The translations under genes and the position numbers were made by a program. Under the pieces are notes generated by a model. The model worked only from the letters and a program-made list of their open reading frames with translations. It did no database searches and was not told where the DNA came from. A stretch of DNA of 20,221 nt from Pseudomonadota bacterium (GTDB taxonomy: Bacteria > Bdellovibrionota_B > Oligoflexia > Oligoflexales > CAIYRB01): NCBI GenBank assembly GCA_031416315.1, contig JANOTL010000143.1, positions 1-20,221 of the forward strand, in the 5' to 3' direction. Of the stretch, positions 1 through 7,743 are shown in pieces. Position 1 is the first letter of the stretch, and every line of letters starts with the position of its first letter.

Positions 1-1
1 T

Positions 2-76
2 GAGCTGGAGCTCGCCGTGTCGAAGGAAAAATACCCGATCATGGCACGCATCGCGCGCTTCGTGCGACCGGACTGA
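2..76 (+). CDS. 3' end of a gene entering from the left edge (ELELAVSKEKYPIMARIARFVRPD*), product unknown
   Basis: Frame is open from the window edge to TGA at 74-76 with GC3-rich codons. Too short to assign a function. Confidence 0.55.
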   Translation, partial: ELELAVSKEKYPIMARIARFVRPD

Positions 77-178
77 GAGTCCAACAGGCGGCGACGCGCC
101 GCTCGGATCCGAGACACGGCTGGGCGAACTTCGTGATGAGCGTTGCGACCGCCCCAGGAACCGACTACAAACGGACTC

Positions 179-1078
179 ATGCCGACCCGCCGCACTTTCC
201 TGAGCATCATCGCCGGCGCGCTCGCGACCGGCGCAGGCCCGAGGCTCGCGAGCCGCAGTCCGCCGGATTTCGACGTCCTCGATCTCGAGGTCTCCGGCGA
301 CAAGAAATTGGCTTCGCGTTTCACCCTGTTCGTCCCGAAGCATTTGGCAAAGGGCGAACGCGTTCCGCTTCTCGTCCTGCTCCACGGCCTCGCGGAGACG
401 AGCTCCCCGGATGTCGGCGTATACGCATGGGTCGAACGCTACGGCCTCGGAACCGCGTACGCCAGGCTGCTCCGGCCGCCGATCGTGCGCACCGACGCCC
501 GCAGCAAGTTGCTCACTGACGCCCACCTGGCGGCATGGAACGCGGGCCTCGCGAAGCAACCGTTTCGCGGCATGGCGATCGCCTGCCCCTTCACTCCGAA
601 CGTTGGGCGCCAACCGAAGCCCGGCGCCGCGCTCGACGCCTATGCGGACTGGATCGCCGACGTCGTCGTGCCGCGCGCCCGCAAGGAGGCGCCGATGATC
701 ATCGCCGACGCGGAGCACACGGCGCTCGACGGCGTCTCGCTCGGCGGCTACGTCGCCGTCGAGACCTTCGTGCGGCGCCCGAGCACCTTTGGCGCCTTGG
801 GCGGCGTCCAAAGCGCCTACAAGGCCGCACGCCTTCCGGCGTACGTCGAAGGCATCGCCAAAGCGCTGACGAAAGCCCCAAAAGCGAGCGTTCACCTAGA
901 AACCAGCGAAGCGGATCCGTTTCGCAAGGTCAATGAGGAGTTCGCCGCTCTGCTACGGAAAAATGGCGTCGCGACGGACCAAGTGACCTTGCCGGGGTTG
1001 CACGACCAGCCGTTTCTGCGGGAGTCGGGGACGATCGAGATGTTGCTTTGGCACGACCGTCGCCTGCGCAGCGGTTAG
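179..1078 (+). CDS. Tat-exported alpha/beta-hydrolase (putative esterase family), 299 aa
   Basis: ATG179 gives MPTRRTFLSIIAGALA (twin-arginine signal). LLVLLHG oxyanion strand, GVSLGG nucleophile elbow (GxSxG), candidate Asp in EADPF and His in PGLHD. Confidence 0.85.
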   Translation: MPTRRTFLSIIAGALATGAGPRLASRSPPDFDVLDLEVSGDKKLASRFTLFVPKHLAKGERVPLLVLLHGLAETSSPDVGVYAWVERYGLGTAYARLLRPPIVRTDARSKLLTDAHLAAWNAGLAKQPFRGMAIACPFTPNVGRQPKPGAALDAYADWIADVVVPRARKEAPMIIADAEHTALDGVSLGGYVAVETFVRRPSTFGALGGVQSAYKAARLPAYVEGIAKALTKAPKASVHLETSEADPFRKVNEEFAALLRKNGVATDQVTLPGLHDQPFLRESGTIEMLLWHDRRLRSG

Positions 1079-2196
1079 TTGCTGCACCCGATTCCGATGT
1101 CGCTGACGTCGACGTTGGGGGTGAGAACGATGGCGGTTTGCCCGTCGCGCGAAACGACCGCGAGCTCATGCGCACCGGTTGGATTGGCCGGTCGACCGAG
1201 CCACAGAATCCCAAAGCGGCCGTCCGAAAGCGGGCAGGGAGAGACGGCATTCGGATACTTTTGCGCGATCGGCTGCGGCGCCCCGCCCGCGGCCGGCAAA
1301 AGCCAGATGGTTTCCGGGGACTCCGATCCGATCGGCCAACTGCTTTCGAACAGCAAGCCGTCGAGACCTTGGTGAGGATTTTGAACGTAGGCATTGCGCG
1401 CATTCGCCAGCGCATCGTGTCCGATGACTTTGCGGAAGCCTGTGCCGTCAATCTTGACCTCGCACGCAGCGTTGCCGCCGCTCTCCGGATAGGCCTCGAC
1501 GCCGCAGTCGAACGTCACGGTCTGTCCGTCGAAAGACAGCGCCGGCATGTTGTTGAACGCGTAAGTCGAGCTGCCGGACAAGAGCGTCGCCGCGCCCCAT
1601 TGTCCGCCTTGAAGGCGAGTCGCATAAATGTCGACGTTATGCGGACCTCCCTGTGACGCAAAGACGACGAGATCGCCGGCCGATGAAACGGCCGCGATGC
1701 CTTCGCTCGAGATCTCGGCGCCAGCCGGTTTCACCAGCATGCCGCTCGCGAGGCTGTTCGGGATCAACGCCAGACATTCGCCCGAGCAACCGAAGCGGTC
1801 GGTCGAGACAACGAGGAAGCTGCCGTCGACGCTGGCGCTCAGTCTCCGGTCGCGCGTGCCGGGGCTAAGTTTCGCGAGCGCCGCTGAAACATCTTCTGGG
1901 ACTGCGCCTTCCTTGGCGGCGATGCGAAAGACCTTGTCGGCAAACGAATAGTAGAAATGACCGCTGACTGCGGCCGCAGGGGTCGGTGTCGTTACTTCGG
2001 GCGAAACGGTCGTCGTCGGCGGCACCACCCCAGGCGCCTGCGGGCCGGGAGTGGGAGCGGCAGCTGGGACCGCTCCAGGGGTCGCCGTCGGCGAAGTCGA
2101 CGTGCTTCCCGAATCCCCGTCTTTGTCCTTGCCGCACGCCGACAGCACCACCAGTGAGACGACGGCTACGGCGCGGAACTGAAAGCGAACGAGCAT
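1075..2196 (-). CDS. Lipoprotein with Pro/Thr/Ala linker and TolB/PD40-like beta-propeller, 373 aa
   Basis: AAAGGA RBS upstream of ATG2196; lipobox VLSA-C; PTA-rich linker; repeated blade motifs (LSASVDGSFLVVS, AVSSAGDLVVFAS, PALSFDGQTVTFD, PCPLSDGRFGILW). Stop codon overlaps the esterase stop (1075-1078). Confidence 0.75.
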   Translation of the reverse strand: MLVRFQFRAVAVVSLVVLSACGKDKDGDSGSTSTSPTATPGAVPAAAPTPGPQAPGVVPPTTTVSPEVTTPTPAAAVSGHFYYSFADKVFRIAAKEGAVPEDVSAALAKLSPGTRDRRLSASVDGSFLVVSTDRFGCSGECLALIPNSLASGMLVKPAGAEISSEGIAAVSSAGDLVVFASQGGPHNVDIYATRLQGGQWGAATLLSGSSTYAFNNMPALSFDGQTVTFDCGVEAYPESGGNAACEVKIDGTGFRKVIGHDALANARNAYVQNPHQGLDGLLFESSWPIGSESPETIWLLPAAGGAPQPIAQKYPNAVSPCPLSDGRFGILWLGRPANPTGAHELAVVSRDGQTAIVLTPNVDVSDIGIGCSN

Positions 2197-2424
2197 GGAG
2201 GATCCTTTCGAGCACTCAGTTGAGATGTCCCGCAATTGATCGGAGGTCCATGGCGGCGCCCTGAGCAAACTGTCCAAGACAACTGAAATTCTCCAATGCT
2301 GTTGTGCAGATATCGACCCAAGGCCGCGCCTTTACCCGTCGAGTGATGAGATCGAGGTAAGATATCCCAACCCCCTTTAAGCAATTTAGAGCTGCAGCGA
2401 ACTTCGTACCGGAGACCGCGCCCC

Positions 2425-2946
2425 ATGATTCGCTCGTCAAGGCATTGGGTCGAAGCCGCCATTTGCCTCACGATCCTCGCCCAGTCAGGGCTGGCGCCCG
2501 CGGACGTGTCGCTGACGTCGTTCGAGGTCGCGCAGGTGACGACCGTGCAGTCGTCGCGCGCATTCGTGGCAACGGGGGAGGTGAGCTGGAATCCGACATA
2601 CAACTTCACGGAAGCGTTCGCCGTGCGCTCCGATCTCGGCGTTTCCGTCTTAAAGAACGTCGCGGCAGAGGACTCCGAGGACACGCCGCGGTACTTCCCG
2701 ACTTTGAGCGCAGAGCTGCTCCTGAGTGCGAGCTTCGCCGCAATCTTCGCCGAAGCAGGTGGTGGCGTCAGCGTGTGGCTCGACGGCAAGTCGACACGAG
2801 TCCCTTCCCTGTCGGCCAACGTGGGCTGGGCGCCACACAAGCCGTTGATTGGCTTGATCGACCGGCTGTTCGTCGGCTTTACGATGTTGCGCTTCGACTC
2901 TGAGACCACACGCGCGCTGAAGATCGGCTCCGGCATTCGCTTCTAA
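2425..2946 (+). CDS. Small outer-membrane beta-barrel-like protein, 173 aa
   Basis: GGAG at 2411-2414; signal-peptide-like N-terminus; alternating hydrophobic strands (FAVRSDLGVSVL, FAEAGGGVSVW, LSANVGW); C-terminal GSGIRF ending in Phe, as in BAM beta-signals. Confidence 0.6.
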   Translation: MIRSSRHWVEAAICLTILAQSGLAPADVSLTSFEVAQVTTVQSSRAFVATGEVSWNPTYNFTEAFAVRSDLGVSVLKNVAAEDSEDTPRYFPTLSAELLLSASFAAIFAEAGGGVSVWLDGKSTRVPSLSANVGWAPHKPLIGLIDRLFVGFTMLRFDSETTRALKIGSGIRF

Positions 2947-2973
2947 ATCCTTCGCCAAACCACGGCGGTGAAC

Positions 2974-3744
2974 ATGCGCCCCTCTCTTCGAAATAGCCTG
3001 CTCGCAGCTGCTGGCCTCGCGCTCCTCTTTCGGTGCGGACCAGGGATCGTCAATCCGAGTCGCAGCGCGGAAAGCTCCAAGAGCGGCTCACGGCCTGGCG
3101 TCGTGGTCGTCACGCCGGCATCGCCGACTGCGGCTCCGGATCCGGCTCCGGCCGTGCCTGACCCCGCACTTCAACCGCCCGTTCCAAATGCAACGGTGCC
3201 CGACAAGGTCGGCGGCGGCGAACGCATTTCGCGATTGACGCCCGAGCAAATGTCCAAGTCTCTGTCCGTTAGCCTCGACGTGGGCGTCGGCTACTTCCTG
3301 GATGGTGTGTTGGTCGGCGACTACCTCCTCTACGACTACGCAATTCCGCTAGGCGGCCTCGATCTCCCTAGCTACGTGCGCAAGCGCGACCGCCTCACCA
3401 AGCCCCAAACTCTGCTAATCACCCGCCAAGTCGCATGGATCGCCGCGGTCAATATCATCACCAAAGAAAACGAGATCCCGCCGCCGGTGAAGACCCTGTT
3501 CACGAAGTGCAACTACCTCGTGGACCATCCCGCCCTCGACGACGCCGCGGCCGCGCGCTGGAGAGACCAGCTTCAGGACTTTTATCTCCGACTCTTCTCG
3601 CGCCCGGCAACGGAGGCTGAAGTGGCCCTCGTCACCAAGACCTTTACGACCACATACGCCCGCGAAGGCAAGACTTCGTCGGCATGGCTCGTCACTCTCT
3701 TCTCGCTGATCTCGACCATGGAGGCTTGGAACGCATGGCGATGA
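2974..3744 (+). CDS. Exported (possible lipo)protein with DUF1553/DUF1595-like motifs, 256 aa
   Basis: Hydrophobic N-terminus ending LLFR-C (weak lipobox); Pro-rich linker; RISRLTPEQMSKSL and FYLRLFSRPATEAEV resemble the planctomycete/myxobacterial PSD-type domains found beside DUF1501 genes. Alternative GTG start at 2968. Confidence 0.65.
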   Translation: MRPSLRNSLLAAAGLALLFRCGPGIVNPSRSAESSKSGSRPGVVVVTPASPTAAPDPAPAVPDPALQPPVPNATVPDKVGGGERISRLTPEQMSKSLSVSLDVGVGYFLDGVLVGDYLLYDYAIPLGGLDLPSYVRKRDRLTKPQTLLITRQVAWIAAVNIITKENEIPPPVKTLFTKCNYLVDHPALDDAAAARWRDQLQDFYLRLFSRPATEAEVALVTKTFTTTYAREGKTSSAWLVTLFSLISTMEAWNAWR

Positions 3745-5093
3745 ATTTTCGCGGGCCGCGCTCACGACGTGAGCTCCTCGGCCTCGCTGGCGGATTGGCG
3801 ACCGTGGGCCTGGCCCTCGGCGAATGGCCATGGCGCTCGGTGACGCGCGCGGCCGCTGGGGCCGCGCCGAAGCGCTTCGTGACGATCAACCTCGTCGGGG
3901 GCTGGTGCAGCATTCTCGGCACGGATCCCGTCATCGGGTCGAAGGTGAGCTCGAACTCTTACAACGAAGCCTATCGTGCGCCCACGAACGATCTCTTGCC
4001 GAAAACGCTCACGGCGAAGCCGTCGCTTTCGGTCGGACCCGGCCTTGTGACCGCGGAGAGCGCCTTTGCGGCGATGCCGACGGCGTTCGTCAACGGGGTC
4101 TACATGCAAGTACCCGGTCACGAGTTTGCGCTGCAGTACATGGCGTCCGGCCGTCTCACGCTCTCCAGCAGCCGAGACTTCCCGAGCATTGCAGCCCTGT
4201 TGGGAGCCGAGCAAAAAACTTTTCCGTCCCACGTGGTCATCGGTGCCGGCGTCCCGTTGGGCGAAACGCTCTATTCGTCGCCACCGCTTCAGGCTGCCAC
4301 CGTCGATACGTTCCAACAGATGATTGGCGGTCCCTCGGGCTACCTATTCGAGGAGGATTTGGCCGCGGATGCCGATGCGCTCATCGAAGGGCTCGACGCC
4401 GAGACCTACATGAAACTGCCAAAGGAGCATCAGCTCGATCTGAAATCGTGGCGATCCGCCTCGGCCAACGTTCGGTCGATCTATGCGCAGAAGCTTGCCG
4501 GACAGATCGGACTCACTCCGGAGATCAGCAACCGCTACGAAATTGATCGGTACGGAGGCCAAGGCGTGGAAGGGCCGGAGCGGCAGCTTGCCTCGCTCCT
4601 TCTCCTGCTCAAGAGCAATCTCAGCCCCTACATAACTATCGGCATCAACGGTAGCTGGGACTCGCACTACAACCACCTCCAGAATCATCTGCCGTACATG
4701 CGTCGGTTCGGGACGGCGCTCGGCAGGTTCGTGGAGGACATCATGGCCACGAAAGACCCGGCGTCGCCGGAGCTGACGCTGGCAGAGACGACGACGATCC
4801 TGATTACCTCCGAGTTCGTTCGCACGGCGACTTTCAATTCCCTGGGCGGCACCGAGCACTGGTCAAGCGCCTCGGCGATCCTCATGGGGCGCGGCGTCAA
4901 GGACGGCGCCGTGATCGGTAGGACCGGTGACGATCACTACGCCCTCGGTTGGAACGGCTCGAGTGGAGTCCCCTTCTCCGAGACGACGCAGATCCTCCCT
5001 GACCACTTGATCGCCACAATCGCCGCGAACGTGGGCAACGCCGCGATGGCTAACACTATCAGCGAGGTGCGCCTCGATGGGCTGTTTACGTAA
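3741..5093 (+). CDS. DUF1501 family protein with twin-arginine signal, 450 aa
   Basis: ATGA overlap with the upstream stop; SRRELLGLAGG Tat motif; family motifs INLVGGW, WDSH, ILITSEFVRT, GTEHW, GRGVKDGAVIGRT. Confidence 0.85.
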   Translation: MNFRGPRSRRELLGLAGGLATVGLALGEWPWRSVTRAAAGAAPKRFVTINLVGGWCSILGTDPVIGSKVSSNSYNEAYRAPTNDLLPKTLTAKPSLSVGPGLVTAESAFAAMPTAFVNGVYMQVPGHEFALQYMASGRLTLSSSRDFPSIAALLGAEQKTFPSHVVIGAGVPLGETLYSSPPLQAATVDTFQQMIGGPSGYLFEEDLAADADALIEGLDAETYMKLPKEHQLDLKSWRSASANVRSIYAQKLAGQIGLTPEISNRYEIDRYGGQGVEGPERQLASLLLLLKSNLSPYITIGINGSWDSHYNHLQNHLPYMRRFGTALGRFVEDIMATKDPASPELTLAETTTILITSEFVRTATFNSLGGTEHWSSASAILMGRGVKDGAVIGRTGDDHYALGWNGSSGVPFSETTQILPDHLIATIAANVGNAAMANTISEVRLDGLFT

Positions 5094-6702
5094 GCTCCTC
5101 GCGCTCATTGCGATCCTCATCACCGGTCTCTGGGCCCGCCTGCCGATCGAGAAGGTCGCGGCGGCCGAGGTCGACGGTAGCGAGCCGACAGGACGAACCC
5201 TTCGCTTCTACTCCATGGCGATACGCGACCTGCCGCCGACGCTGGCCGAGACCCAGGCTTTTTTGGCCGGTTCCACGACGCTCGACGAGCTGATCACGAC
5301 GTGGCTGGCGACGCCCGAGCACCAAACGCGCATGCGTCGCTATTTCAGCGATTCTTGGCCGGTGCTCGCCACGTTCACGCCATTTTATTTCCTGACGTTG
5401 GAGAAGAACGCGAGCGGCATCTACCGCCTGGCGGAAAAGCCCGATTGCGGCCCTGCCGATGCGGTAAGCGCCCCCGCATGGTGGCTTCCGGAAGGCGAGA
5501 CGGTATCAATCTGCAAGACGTCGACGTCGGACGCGTTCAGCTATGCGGGCGATCCGAAGCTCAACTGCTACGACTACTTCGACGGATTTTTGGACCCGAA
5601 ATGTGGCTGTGGTCCGCATCAGCTGATGTGCGAGCCGAAAGAACTGCGACTTAAGCTGGCGGTCGACAATAACAACGAGATTCAGCGGCGCGGCCTCTAC
5701 GTCTACAACAACGACCTTTCCTGGTTCGACTTTCTCGGCGGCAACTTCTTCTATGGCAATCGCTCCCTTTACCACCTCTATTTATGGGAGCAGGGCTTGA
5801 TGCAGAGAGGTCTGGTGCCGGTAGAAACCGTGTTGACGGCGCTACGCTCCATTCCCCTCGTCGATTGGGTTCGAGCCGACTTTCCTCCGGGAGTCGAGCG
5901 CGCCGGCATCGTGACTTCTTCGACCTTTCTAAGCACCTACAACACCTTCTACGCTCGCCCGCGCGCCTTGAGTCTGAACCTCCTTTGTCACGACGTCGAC
6001 GGCCGCCTCAACCCCGACGACTTCAAGGAATTCGTGAACAAGTCGCTCACGGTCGCGAATCTCGATCACGCGAAGAAGGAGAAGTGCAATACCTGTCACT
6101 TCGGGTTAGACAACCTGGCGTCGGCGCTCTTCGGCTACGACGCCATCGGCGACGCCGAGCTCTACCTCGACCCATTTCCGTCGCAAGCGGCGCACGTATT
6201 TGGCGAAAACGTCAGCGGCCCAGGCGCCTTGATCAAAGGCTTTATCGAGCGCGCGGCCGGCTTCCACGAATGCATGGCGAAGACCGCATGGACGTCGCTT
6301 ACGGGCCTTTCATGGGCCAATTCGCTGTCGAAAGCTGATCGAGACGTCTTCACCGGCCTTGCGCAAACCGGACCTCGCGCCCTCACCCAAGGCATCATCA
6401 AGTCCAGCCAGCTGCGAACGGGCGGCTACACCCCGACCGCGGCCGTCGTGGCTCCGACGGTGACTTGGGCGCAAGTGGCGCCGATCGTGGCCAAGAGCTG
6501 CTCGGGCTCCTCTTGCCACAGCACGGGGTCGTTCCATACACAGTACGTCGACAACGAGAGCCTCTTTCGCGAGCGCGCGAAACTCATCGCGGAGCGCGTT
6601 GCTTTGACCGGCGGCGGCAAGATGCCGCCGCTCAGCGCTGCGCATCCGCTATCGGCGGCCGACCAGCAGACTATCTTGGACTTCGCGAACTCGGCCAAGT
6701 GA
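5077..6702 (+). CDS. DUF1588/DUF1585-like c-type cytochrome domain protein, 541 aa
   Basis: GAGGT RBS at 5064; signal peptide; RAGIVTSSTFL (DUF1588-like); CNTCH at 6085-6099; Cys-rich insert containing CGCGP; C-terminal CSGSSCH (6499-6519) followed by KMPP. Overlaps the upstream gene by 17 nt. Confidence 0.78.
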   Translation: MGCLRKLLALIAILITGLWARLPIEKVAAAEVDGSEPTGRTLRFYSMAIRDLPPTLAETQAFLAGSTTLDELITTWLATPEHQTRMRRYFSDSWPVLATFTPFYFLTLEKNASGIYRLAEKPDCGPADAVSAPAWWLPEGETVSICKTSTSDAFSYAGDPKLNCYDYFDGFLDPKCGCGPHQLMCEPKELRLKLAVDNNNEIQRRGLYVYNNDLSWFDFLGGNFFYGNRSLYHLYLWEQGLMQRGLVPVETVLTALRSIPLVDWVRADFPPGVERAGIVTSSTFLSTYNTFYARPRALSLNLLCHDVDGRLNPDDFKEFVNKSLTVANLDHAKKEKCNTCHFGLDNLASALFGYDAIGDAELYLDPFPSQAAHVFGENVSGPGALIKGFIERAAGFHECMAKTAWTSLTGLSWANSLSKADRDVFTGLAQTGPRALTQGIIKSSQLRTGGYTPTAAVVAPTVTWAQVAPIVAKSCSGSSCHSTGSFHTQYVDNESLFRERAKLIAERVALTGGGKMPPLSAAHPLSAADQQTILDFANSAK

Positions 6703-6705
6703 CGC

Positions 6706-6751
6706 GAGGCGACGCCTCTTCGTCGTCAGCCGGCGGCATGCCCTGGCCGCC
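6706..6751. terminator. Two short GC hairpins between convergent genes (possible terminator)
   Basis: GAGGC-gac-GCCTC (6706-6718) and GGCGGC-N8-GCCGCC (6732-6751); U-tracts are weak. Confidence 0.3.
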
Positions 6752-6778
6752 AGGTTCTCCATCGGCTTGATTTTCCCG

Positions 6779-7414
6779 TCAGGGCAAGAAACAGTCGAGC
6801 TTCTCGACCTTGCCGTCGGGTAGCGACAGAAGCGCTGGATAGCGATCATTCTGCCGCTCGGGGCGGATCGATATCTTGTAGCCGCCGAACGAGTAGTCGA
6901 AGCTGATCGGGTCGCGCTCGTCCGGATTGTCCTTGCGGCCCGTGAGCGGCTCTTGCGAAGCGAATCTCAGGCGAGCCGCGGCCGACGAAGTCGATTCGTC
7001 GAGCTCGAACCGCCATGCTCCGCTCGTGCCCTCACCGCATTTCGCGAACGTCCGAAAGACGACGGTGCCGTCCGCGCCGCCCGGCCGATGTCCGCCGCAC
7101 TCGGCATCGTACCGCTGACGGAGGCTGCCACCCTCAGACTGAGGATCGGCCTTGAGATCGCGCCAGATCGAGTCGCAGTCGGTGCCACTGGCGACCGCGA
7201 CTGACGGACGGTGATTCGAGCATTCCGCAGCGTACCTCTGGCGGAGGCTGCCGCCTTCGGACTGAGGATCGGCCTGGAGATCGCGCCAGATGGAGTCGCA
7301 GTCGGTGCCGGAGGGCGTGCTACGCAGTCCAGCGGTCGAGCTCGTAGTCTTGCATCCAGCCAAGGCGATGAAGAATCCCAAGCACGATCCCAACCGCCTC
7401 ACCTTGAGCTTCAT
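6779..7414 (-). CDS. Lipoprotein of unknown function with a duplicated 31-aa Cys-bracketed module, 211 aa
   Basis: Lipobox LAG-C at residue 21; GGAG upstream of ATG7414; two near-identical SGTDCDSIWRDLxADPQSEGGSLRQRYxAEC units; small C-terminal domain with two Cys. Confidence 0.8.
   Translation of the reverse strand: MKLKVRRLGSCLGFFIALAGCKTTSSTAGLRSTPSGTDCDSIWRDLQADPQSEGGSLRQRYAAECSNHRPSVAVASGTDCDSIWRDLKADPQSEGGSLRQRYDAECGGHRPGGADGTVVFRTFAKCGEGTSGAWRFELDESTSSAAARLRFASQEPLTGRKDNPDERDPISFDYSFGGYKISIRPERQNDRYPALLSLPDGKVEKLDCFLP
7097..7312 (-). repeat. Intragenic direct repeat, 2 x 93 bp (7097-7189 and 7220-7312), period 123 bp
   Basis: 29 of 31 aa identical (Q/K and A/D changes), with several synonymous nucleotide differences. 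Confidence 0.95.
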
Positions 7415-7676
7415 CTTGTCTCCATCACTTCTCTTTTGCGGGGATGATAGCAGCGCTTGCCATAGAAGCGAAGCGAGATGGCCGTGCGCCCTCCGTCGCC
7501 AAGGGCGCCGCTGGTCTCGTCAACCGGCGTCAAATCCGTGCCTCTGTCTAGTCCATCGACAACCGCCGCCTCCGACAACGCCTCGTCCCCGCACCACCCG
7601 TCCGAAAACACTGGGATACGCGCGGCGCAAAAGTTGCTCCAGCCGGGGTCCGGCTCGATAGAGCTCAGCTCTCTGC

Positions 7677-7732
7677 CGCGCCCCGCTCCCCGCGCCCCGC
7701 TCCCACTGTTCCGTCTTCCCACCCCGCGCCCC
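7677..7732. repeat. C-rich tract with an exact tandem 14-mer CGCGCCCCGCTCCC x2; G-quadruplex-capable on the minus strand
   Basis: 7677-7690 equals 7691-7704; partial third copy at 7722-7732; seven runs of 3 or more C. Confidence 0.7.
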
Positions 7733-7743
7733 TTGGAGTCCTA

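Noticed and set aside
7097..7312. Direct repeats considered as a CRISPR array or a DGR template/variable repeat pair
   Set aside because: Only two in-frame 93-bp copies inside one gene, with mostly synonymous differences rather than adenine-specific ones; no cas or reverse transcriptase gene.
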